Assembly: GCA_002269645.1 (NCBI GenBank)
Contig: NIVC01002969.1
Coordinates: 1-64,000 of the forward strand
DNA: 64,000 nt
Direction of reading: 5' to 3'
From: Macrostomum lignano
Lineage: Eukaryota
Position numbers and translations under genes: made by a program
Notes under the pieces: model-generated
The model's input: the letters and a program-made list of their open reading frames with translations, nothing else
What the model was told of the DNA's origin: nothing
The model's database searches: none
Part shown: positions 53,424-64,000 of the stretch, piece by piece
Layout: each line of letters begins with the position of its first letter
Numbering within the stretch: position 1 is the stretch's first letter

Positions 53424-54743
53424 AGTTCAGCTCACCCGAGGTCAGAGATCTGATGCACACACACACACCGAACAATGAGCCACGTTGACTCCATTCAAAA
53501 CTGATTCAAACCGACGGAAATTGAAATACCCCAATTACACGAGACTATTTTCTCACCTTTTAATTCACCTGGCATTAAGGATCCGTGTTACGCTTCTGTC
53601 TTTTTACTTTTTACTTATGGCTTCCTACTCAAAGTAGAGGGTCGCGAATGGTGCTGTCAGTTTACAATGTAGAGTTCAATCCCAATGTAGCCCGAGCAGC
53701 GCACGCCTGCAAACCCCGATTGTGAACAGAGAAATTTTCAGGCGCCAAAACAATATTCAGTTGTAGGAGCCTTAATGGTCCAGATTAAATTCTGCAGGGC
53801 CAATCGATTCCGCATTTCTGTCGAATCAATCATCGAGATCGTGACTCAGCAAACTCTGCACTGCCTTATTGTTTTAGCAGCTCCCAGTGGAGAAGAGGGT
53901 GAAATTCCTGACGGACTGACTCAGCAAGCACTGGGTGCACAGTGACTGCAGCGCGGTGTGCGAAATTCCCCAAGCGAGATTCCAGTCTGCTTTTCGTCCC
54001 TCTAATAAAAGCCAAAAAGCATTACTGAGGACAGAAACACTGCAGCAATTCTTCAACACACAGTTCTGTCCACAGATACTCATAAAAGCAGAAATATTCT
54101 TAGATTTATTTTGTCACAGCAATCAGCGAATACTCGAGCGACTGGTCGAAGGGGTCAGGCATGGGAACGTCAAGAGACTGCATTAAAGCAAGAACTGGGA
54201 ATAAATGAGAGGACAGAAGGAATGCATTGACCCAGGCAGCTTGGGCTCAGCTGGGCCAGGCACAACAAGAAACAAGAAAGCAGATAAAACTGACAAGTAA
54301 AAGAATACAATATCTCAAACACCAGTTGGCGGAAGCAGTCAAATCAAACAGTGAAGCCCCTATGGCGAGAATATGGCTGTCTCAGAAAAAACGACATAGA
54401 AGCACAGAAGCGTAGAGCAGCATTGGCTTGAGCTGTGCTCACTGCCAGCCCGTACAGCTAGAAGCTTGCGAGGAAGTGGGCAGAGAGAAATGAAGCCACA
54501 CTGCGCCGTACAGTGGCTTGATGCCATCAAATTCGTGCCTGATATTAGAAGTTTATATTTGAAAATTCTGTTCTTTCCACAGGAATTTAGCAGACTTTCG
54601 TAGAGTTTGGAGGAAAAAGGAAGAGCGGGCAATGCGAGCGGCAGGCAGGCAACTGTGAGCCCTGGAACTGTGCTTTGTCTGAACTGCAAAACTGAACAAA
54701 CAGAGCCGGTGCCGAACAGTTCGTTCAGGTAGAAAATTCACAA

Positions 54744-56294
<1,551 letters not shown>

Positions 56295-56559
56295 TCACTG
56301 GGCATTCAGACAGGCCAATAAAAATACATAATAAACATGCACTGGTTGTCTAACTAATGAAATTTTCATAAAGGTTTGGCTTTATAAAATTCAAGTTGTT
56401 CAATGCAGTGCAATACAAAAAACCATACTCTACACTCTATGATAATTTCTGGAAATACTTTGGAATCAGGACTGCAAATCTCACAACCCACTATAGATTA
56501 TTTTTATGTATATAATGGATGTCCCAAAAAAGGTCAAATTCGAATCCAAAACTGCACAA

Positions 56560-57345
56560 GGCTCATTCCATATAAGATGGACATTTTTGGAAAATAGAAA
56601 AAAGTCAATATTTTTGCTTGCCATTGCCTTATCAGCCAATTTTTTTACCAAATGTTTTTTATGTGTAATATCTACAATCTAAGAATAAATGAATGATAAA
56701 ATGTTAGATTAGTATGCTATCAAGTGGCAAAAAGTCATTTTTGTAAAAATTTAGACATTTTTCTAAGCAAAAGACATCATTAAGTTTGTGTACCTTTTAA
56801 AAACAAATAGAAAGCTTTGGAAGGTTGAAACAAACTATAGATAAAAGTATAGTACTTGCATCATCAGATAAAAGTATTGGTGACCAAATAATCTATTATA
56901 TTTTTAATATATTGGTACCTCAAAGTTACTGAATTGACAGAAAAAAAATGTTACGACCATAATGTTACGACCATAAGGCTGCCTTTTCTTTTGTATCTTT
57001 GTTGCCTTTTTGAGTTTATATATTCTACAAAAAGAGTATGATTACTAAAGATGTTCTTAGTCAAATTTTTTAAAATGTATTGCAAAATATCAAAAATAAA
57101 AATGTTATAAGACTTTTACCTTTTAGTTTCTATATGTAAAAAATCCTGTTGTTACGACCATAAGTGCCATTCAAGGTTTAATAGCATCTATAAAAATGAT
57201 GATATCTACATGAAACTCTATAAAAATATTTTTGACAAAATTATCTTTTATTTAAAATATTGGTTTAGTATATTCTATTATTATATTTCATTTTATAAGT
57301 AAAAATAGCCTGTCATGTTACGACCATGCTTATATGGAATGAGCC
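56560..57345. mobile_element. 786-bp AT-rich non-autonomous DNA transposon with short TIRs and 4-bp TSD
   Basis: TIR GGCTCATTCCATATAAG (56560-56576 / 57329-57345); ACAA at 56556-56559 and 57346-57349; four internal TGTTACGACCAT motifs. Confidence 0.8.
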
Positions 57346-57782
57346 ACAAAACTTATCTACTCTTATTTCCTAGCAACTAAATATGCATGTTGTATATTGG
57401 ATAATAACTACACAATTAAGTAGCAACAGACACCTTTATTTGTTTTTTATTATGTTTTTTCTCACTCATTTCTTATGCATGTTTATTGATTTTTATCTCT
57501 CTTCATTCTAATTGGCTATCTTTCTGCCTCCCTATCTTTATTATTACACTTTGCCTTCTGGTTATATCTCCTACCTATTCCCCATTGCATATCCTGATTT
57601 GTTTTCTGTATTATTTTCTATATACCTTGTGCTTTCATGCTCCAATTATTTACCCCTCTTATGTCTTAATATGCAAATACCTCTCTCTAAGTCAAATGTC
57701 ATAAATATATGTATGCGCAATATCTTGACAAGACAAGATTCAAGACAAGATCCTGACATTTTTTCTTGTCTCAAGAAGTCTT

Positions 57783-60700
57783 TGTAGTTGAATTGTAGTT
57801 AATTTGGATTGAACTTTTAGCGACGCTGTGCTATGCACAAAAAAACCACGATCCGAGCCTCACTGGGCTACAGTTTATTTATTAAATAGTTAATGAAGGC
57901 CGTGTAAAAAAGAGTAAGTTCACCTGGCTTGCGTACATCGCATTTGCGTACATTAAATTGATACGGGCATATTTGGAGAAAATCAATGTGCGGGCATAAT
58001 AGAGTCGGCGCAGATTGAGATGGAGTAATTGATTGAAAATAATGAATTGCACTTTCCGCCACACTCCCCCGCCAGAGGTTCGAACTCAGGACCTCTGGCT
58101 AAAAAGGAAAGGGCTGCAAAGTCTAACTTTCACTGAAAATAAAGACGAGACATTGAATGCGAGTTCTTTTATCGAATACAAATTTTCGAGCTAAACAAGC
58201 AAATGCACTTCGAGAAAATATTTGATATTGGAAATAAGTGCCTTGACACAAAGACAATCAAAAATTGGAACATTAAAATCAAACAAAACTATGATTAATT
58301 GCGGATTAAAAATAGTGCGTCGAATTTGCGTAGGTACTTACGACACCAAGAGGCATTATTTGATTGCCAGCAAAAATCATGCAAGTGAAACAGAATCAGT
58401 AACTAATCACGCAGTGGCTACAGATAGCTCGCAGAATTTAGACGACGCAAACGCAGACAAAGATAGACTGAGAGATCGACGGCGAGACAGCACGAGACAA
58501 GATCAAAGAAAGAAAGAGACAGGCTTAGACCTCCAGAGGAACCAGCGATGCCACCGGCCGCCGAAAATGCACAGCAGCGCGACTACGATGCGGACTAGCT
58601 AACCTCAGGAGGCACGACCTAGCAACGCCATCACGGCCATGATGTACCGCTTCCACAACCGCCAGCTTCCATTGCAGCCTCGGCACGCCGGCGTCCATCA
58701 CCAAAACGACATCTCCGACCTTGATTATGCGACCAGAAGTTCGTCCTTCCTTCCTTGCTGAACGCTCGCGCAGAGCCACGATGTACTCATTCAACCATTC
58801 TCGCCAGAATTTGGTCAGCATCCGCCGCACTTTGCTCAGACGCTCTGGAAGAGGCAGGACTGTTTGGCCTTTCGGATTCGCTTCTGGTTCTTTTGTCAGG
58901 CGATGCAGAACAAGAAAATGACTCGGCGTGATCACTTCCGCGTGCGCTTCGGACGAGACGAACCCGAGTGGTCTTGAATTCACAACTGCCTCCACTTCGC
59001 ACACAACTGTTGTTAACTCGTCCAGAGTGAGAAAGGCTTTGCAGACGGTCTTTTTCAAAGCCGACTTCACGACACCAACCAATCGCTCGTAGAATCCGCC
59101 CATCCATGGTGCTTTTTCTGGGATAAACGACCAGCAAATTCTTTTGGCGGCTAAAAACTCTTGACCTCCTGTGGTTTGAAGGGGCGCCGTGTGGGCGTCT
59201 AGTAGTCGCGCGGCTGCGTGGAAAGTCTTGAAGTTGTCCGAAATGATTGACGGAATCCCGCGACGAGCACAGAAGCGACGAAGACTCTGCAGAAAAGATT
59301 GAGTAGTCAAATCTGTGGTCACTTCAAGATGGACCGCTCGGGTGCCCATGCAGGCAAAAAGCAGGATGTAGGCTTTTTGTTGGCCATCTCCCTCCCCCCT
59401 GCGGTAGAAAAGCGGACCGCAGTAGTCCAGGCCAACATGCTGGAAAGCTCTCAGCGATTCGATTCTTGACAGGGGTAACTGCGACTGCTGACCAACTTTG
59501 TACGGCAAACCCTGGAGCCGGATGCAGGTGTTGCAACGTCGTAGAGTAGATTTAACTTTCTGCCGAGCCTTCAGCATCCAATACTTCTCGCGAATCTGCA
59601 CCAACGTAGCTGCAACTCCCCCGTGAGCCACCTTCCTGTGAGCATGCTCAGTAAGTATTTGCTGAAAGTTTACATCCGTAGGACATAAAATCGGTGACTT
59701 CTGATCCGGCGCTATATCCGATTCACCCAGGCGTCCTGAGCAGCGAAGGACGTCGTCGCTTTCCAGATACAGGCGGAGATTCTGGATTAATGGTGTCTTC
59801 GCGGAGTTTTTAGTGATGCACTGTATCTCCGGACTGAAGGCTTTTGCCTGAAGAGAACGAATCCATAGCTTCTCAGCGGAATGCAATTCGGCAGCAGTTA
59901 AGGTAGCCGACAAGGCACGGGTGCGATTCCTCAGCGATGTGACGAAGCGGAGGACCCACGCTGTCACTCGGAGAAGTCTCTCTAAACTGCTGAACTTCGG
60001 CAAGTATATCACTTCGTCTATTCGAATACGAGGTTCCGGAGGGTCGACGACTTCCAGAGTCACACAATGAGTGGAGCTGTCATCCAGGCTAGACTTGTCA
60101 GAAAAATCTGGCTGAACCGGCCATGTTGAAGAGTCGGACCACAGCCAAGTAGGTCCACAAAACCAGCAGGAGCGATTGTCGAGCAATTCCGGAGTGATGG
60201 GACGAGTCGCAATGTCAGCAGGATTTTCTTTCCCAGGGCAATGTCTCCAACTGTCCGGTGGAACCACTGACCGAATGAACACAACGCGGTTCTGGATGAA
60301 CATCTTCCAAGTTTTGTGTTCCGACTTTATCCACCACAACGCGTCCATGCTGTCACTCCAGCAGATTACGGCGGCATCAGGAAATTCTTTACGAACCTCA
60401 ACGATCATGTGAGCCAGTTCTCTGGCTGCCATCAGTTCTAGTCGAGGGATGGTCGTCTCAGCGATGGGAGTGACACGCGACTTGGCCATGAGCAGCGACA
60501 CCCTAACCTCACCAGACTCGAAAGTAGACCTCAGGAAGACGCAGGCTGCGTGCGCCACCTTGGAGGCGTCGCAGAAACCATGAATTTCGGAAGCGATTGG
60601 TGTTGATGTAGCAAGAGGCCTGTCGATGCAACAATTCCAGCCTTCCAACTCGCTGAAACACTCGTGCCATTGACTCCTGAGCGGTTCCGGAAGCGGCATG

Positions 60701-62024
60701 TCCCAGCCCAAGTTCAAGCGACAACTCTGCTGAAACAGCAATCGAGGACGTGTCAGAAGAGGACTGAGTAGACCCAAGGGGTCGAAAGTCTTTGAGAATG
60801 CCGACAACGTCGAGCGCTTTGTTAGTTCTGCATTCCGAATGTTTAGAGTAGGATGATCGTGGATTGAAAGCACGAAACTGTCCTCTTTCGGATCCCAAAG
60901 CATGCCCAGAACCTTGACCGTAGAAGAGTTTTGAACACCAGTGCCATCCTTATCGAAAACTTTGTTTAGCTCTGCTGAATTGGATATCCATCCTCGGATA
61001 TTCATTGAAGCTTCTTCGAATACTTCTCTGGTCTGTTTGTAGATCAAAATCGCTGAGCCGGCCGAATCAGACCCAGTCACGAGATTGTCCACGTACGTGT
61101 CCATCGCCAGCCGTTTAATGGTGTCCGGCGAAGCCTTTTGCGTGTTTCGAAAGTGATAGAGAAGCACCTCTTGGAGAATGGCCGGACTGCTCACCAAGCC
61201 GAACACGAGACGTACGTAGCGAAGTACTCGAATCGTGGACTCTTTCTGATGAGGATGTGTAAGCCACAGGAACCGAACCGCGTCGCGGTCCTTCTCCCGA
61301 ATGACAACTTGCAGGAATGCTTTCTCAACATCGCTTATCATCGCGACAGGATGAGTCCTGAACCGAAGCAGCAAAGAAGCCACAGACGGCAAGCAGCAAG
61401 GACCCTGTTCCAATACGTCGTTCAACGAACAGCCGGCTGCAGACTTGGCGCTCGCATCATTAAAAACACATTCATAAAAACACAAACGGGAAATTTGATT
61501 AGAAGTCAAATGAATTAGCAAAAAACAGAAAATTTCTCAACAAGTCCGCGCAGCCGAAGGAGTTTCACGAAGATGCTCTTGTTGATGAACCTCAGGACCC
61601 AGAAACGGATGCCGACAGGAGCCTTGAAGACGTAGGAACTGTTGAGCAGATTCAGACGATTCCTGTAGCTCCGATCCCAAGCCTGAACCTCAAAGCGCGG
61701 TTTGCTGAATCATAGCTAGTAGAATTTCACTGTTCGGGCGCCATGTAGTTGAATTGTAGTTAATTTGGATTGAACTTTTAGCGACGCTGCGCTATGCACA
61801 AAAAAACCACGATCCGAGCCTCACTGGGCTACAGTTTATTTATTAAATAGTTAATGAAGGCCGTGTAAAAAAGAGTAAGTTCACCTGGCTTGCGTACATC
61901 GCATTTGCGTACATTAAATCGATACGGGCGTATTTGGAGAAAATCAATGTGCAGGCATAATAGAGTCGGCGCAGATTGAGATGGAGTAATTGATTGAAAA
62001 TAATGAATTGCACTTTCCGCCACA
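57783..62024 (-). mobile_element. BEL/Pao LTR retrotransposon, 4242 bp, internally deleted
   Basis: 281-bp TG...CA LTRs 57783-58063 and 61744-62024 (4 mismatches), TSD GTCTT, PBS TGGCGCCCGAACAG (61743-61730, tRNA-Lys type), PPT GGGGGAG (58070-58064). Confidence 0.97.
58525..61521 (-). CDS. BEL/Pao pol remnant ORF (998 aa): partial RT, RNase H, H2C2, integrase
   Basis: DASAK..SLND.L..GP, DVEKAFLQV, YVDN, HGFCDAS, TIPRLELMAA, WSDS, NPADIATR, H...H...CNTC, GLDYCGP, SDN, GGFYERLV. Confidence 0.95.
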   Translation of the reverse strand: MLIHLTSNQISRLCFYECVFNDASAKSAAGCSLNDVLEQGPCCLPSVASLLLRFRTHPVAMISDVEKAFLQVVIREKDRDAVRFLWLTHPHQKESTIRVLRYVRLVFGLVSSPAILQEVLLYHFRNTQKASPDTIKRLAMDTYVDNLVTGSDSAGSAILIYKQTREVFEEASMNIRGWISNSAELNKVFDKDGTGVQNSSTVKVLGMLWDPKEDSFVLSIHDHPTLNIRNAELTKRSTLSAFSKTFDPLGLLSPLLTRPRLLFQQSCRLNLGWDMPLPEPLRSQWHECFSELEGWNCCIDRPLATSTPIASEIHGFCDASKVAHAACVFLRSTFESGEVRVSLLMAKSRVTPIAETTIPRLELMAARELAHMIVEVRKEFPDAAVICWSDSMDALWWIKSEHKTWKMFIQNRVVFIRSVVPPDSWRHCPGKENPADIATRPITPELLDNRSCWFCGPTWLWSDSSTWPVQPDFSDKSSLDDSSTHCVTLEVVDPPEPRIRIDEVIYLPKFSSLERLLRVTAWVLRFVTSLRNRTRALSATLTAAELHSAEKLWIRSLQAKAFSPEIQCITKNSAKTPLIQNLRLYLESDDVLRCSGRLGESDIAPDQKSPILCPTDVNFQQILTEHAHRKVAHGGVAATLVQIREKYWMLKARQKVKSTLRRCNTCIRLQGLPYKVGQQSQLPLSRIESLRAFQHVGLDYCGPLFYRRGEGDGQQKAYILLFACMGTRAVHLEVTTDLTTQSFLQSLRRFCARRGIPSIISDNFKTFHAAARLLDAHTAPLQTTGGQEFLAAKRICWSFIPEKAPWMGGFYERLVGVVKSALKKTVCKAFLTLDELTTVVCEVEAVVNSRPLGFVSSEAHAEVITPSHFLVLHRLTKEPEANPKGQTVLPLPERLSKVRRMLTKFWREWLNEYIVALRERSARKEGRTSGRIIKVGDVVLVMDAGVPRLQWKLAVVEAVHHGRDGVARSCLLRLASPHRSRAAVHFRRPVASLVPLEV

Positions 62025-62031
62025 GTCTTAA

Positions 62032-64000
62032 TGTGGCAAAGTGCCACTGGACTGATCTAAGGTTGCTTGGGGGTGTCTGGTTGCATGGGCACATTGATTA
62101 TTGCTTAAGTAGCTTGTATATACACCTCATTGATTGCTCATCCTCGCGTGTACATATATCGGGTACTAATGTACGTTGTGCTTATTAAATATATACGCGT
62201 GTGCGCTAACAAGCAGTCGCTCAAGTTTTCTTGAGAAGTTCTAACTTACTTAACCAGTGGAGTCCATGTGAGTTATTACAGTGGCAATGAGGAAATCTTA
62301 ATGGCTTTTAAATTTGATGTTTTTGACATTGCTGTTGAATCCTAGCCTGAGTATCAGGAATGCCTTGAGCAACATTTCCTAGCCAATGACAACATTTCAA
62401 CCCAAAGCCATTAGAAATTGTGCAGCTGAGAGCTTCATGTTCCACAACTGCATTCGTCAGTTGGATGAGTCTGTGTCTGTGTACATAGCAGAGCTTAGGA
62501 AGCTGTCCAAGCACTCCAACTTTGGCACCATGCTGGACAACATGCTGCATGATACCCTTGTCTATGGCATAAATGACCAGCAGATTCAGCACTAGCTTCT
62601 ATCTTAGGCATCTCTGATGCTGCAGTCTACTATAGACATTGCACTCACTAACAAGTTGGCCGCGGGCTTCTGTAAGGTTCTCTGCGCAACTGGAGAGACA
62701 GATAGATAGCCGGATGATGCTGTGCAGCAGGTGCCTATCATCTCGACACCTTCCTAGCCAATGTTCATTTCTAAACAGGTGCTGTTTCAACTGCAACAAG
62801 ACTAGGCACACAAGCAACTGCATCAGCCGCATCAGCAGCAGCATCAGCAACCTCACCAGGTCGAGGAAGGAAGCAATCAGGAGTTGCCAGAACTGCCTAA
62901 TCCCTCTATCACATTGGCAATGCAAAGAAGCCAAGTAAAGTCCTGCACTACACGACTCATCTGCTGATTGACGGGAAGGACTGCAAGATAGAAATCAACA
63001 CTAGCATCTCCGTGTCATTGGTCTCCGAGCAGACGTATTGCCAGAAGCTTTTGAGCGAACCTCAGCTGGAATCAACCAACATCCATCTCAACACATATTT
63101 AGGCCAGGCTGTCGAGATTCTAGGCAGACTGATTGTCAATGTCAAAGTAGCGGCACAGGACAGTCACTTGCAGCTGCCACTGCTAGTTGTGGTGGGCAGT
63201 GGACTGAATCTCCTTAGCAGGGACTGGCTACACAGCCTGCGCCTGGACTGGCAGTCAGTTCAATGACTGTCCTCAATGGCTTCTGACATCGAACAAGTGC
63301 AGCGTGTGTTCCCCGAGGTGTTCAAGGAACTGGGGACATTCAACGGGGCCCCTCTATCCATTGCCATCAAGGAAGGAGTGTGTCCTTGGTTTTTCAAGGC
63401 CTGCACCATGCCTTTTGCACTGAAAGATAAGGTGGAGCAACAGCTATGCAAGGAGATCAGCCAGAGGATTCTGCAACTGGTAAAGTCATCCAACTGGGCA
63501 TCGCCGATTGTCCCTGTGATAAAGTCTGATAGCAGGCTCTAGGTGTGCGCCAACTTCAAGCAGACTGTGAACGCCACTGTAGAACCGGACAACTACCTGC
63601 TGCCAAACATTGACGAGCTCTTCTCACAACTATCAGGTGGGAAAAAGTTCTCGAAGATTGATCTCAGCCAGGCATTTCAACAGCTTCCATTGGACGAGGC
63701 TGCACAAAAGTTGTGCACTATCACTATCTCACTGGGGCTGCTATGCTATACACAACTGCTGTTTGGGGTTTCAATGGCTCCTAGTATGTTCCAACGCGTC
63801 ATGGACAGTCTATTCATTGGCATCGAGCACTGCACAGCCTTCATGGACAACATTATCGTTACTGGTCAAGATGAAGCAAGTCATTTGAGGAACCTGCGAA
63901 AAGTCCTAACTGTGTTTAAGGACACGGGAGTCCGGGACTCACTTGTGACACAAAGAAGTGTAGCTTTATGCAAAACTCAGTGGTCTGTCTACCTTGGCCA
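62032..64000 (+). mobile_element. Decayed Ty3/Gypsy (Mag/K02A2.6-like) retrotransposon, 5' portion: putative LTR ~62032-62280, gag, protease, RT; many stops and frameshifts; runs off window
   Basis: PBS-like TGGCAATGAGGA at 62282; ESVSVYIAELRKL, CFNC...H, NWASPIVPV, YLLPNIDEL, KIDLSQAFQQL, APSMFQR, FMDNII. Confidence 0.9.

Noticed and set aside
58222-58602. Possible env-like or extra ORF in the BEL element 3' region
   Set aside because: Opposite strand to pol, with no signal peptide, TM segment or motif.

Overview
Eukaryotic (invertebrate animal) genomic DNA, not prokaryotic: GC-rich spliced genes with GT-AG introns, AT-rich TE-derived spacers and many intronic minisatellites (this style resembles the flatworm Macrostomum; inference only). 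Genes reconstructed by hand: a divergent Wee1-like kinase (-, 2638-4595), AMPK catalytic alpha subunit (+, 6 exons, 26998-30612), a signal/TM-anchored JmjC/cupin-like protein (-, 4 exons, 31467-33534), a ~2450-aa 11-TM polycystin-1-like protein with an unusual signal peptide-PLAT-13xTSP1-cysteine-less GPS ectodomain (+, 30 exons, 35212-53423), Rab2 (-, exon 1 not found in window), and a tentative RFX/X-box-driven small gene near 777-1172. Mobile DNA: a full-length LINE (PHD ORF1, APE-RT ORF2) inserted in a minisatellite, a decayed mariner, several MITEs (9-bp TSD, TA TSD, 4-bp TSD), an internally deleted BEL/Pao element with 281-bp LTRs and a decayed Gypsy. The most striking unexplained pattern: several intronic tandem arrays begin exactly at an exon end and copy the exon 3' end plus the 5' splice site, creating arrays of spare donors (9 in-frame donors in AMPK) and, in the polycystin gene, AG-[18 nt]-GT in-frame micro-exon cassettes. 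Four single-base frameshifts in genes can each be repaired by one extra C in a C-run and are probably assembly errors. All coordinates and counts were read by eye; no searches were run.
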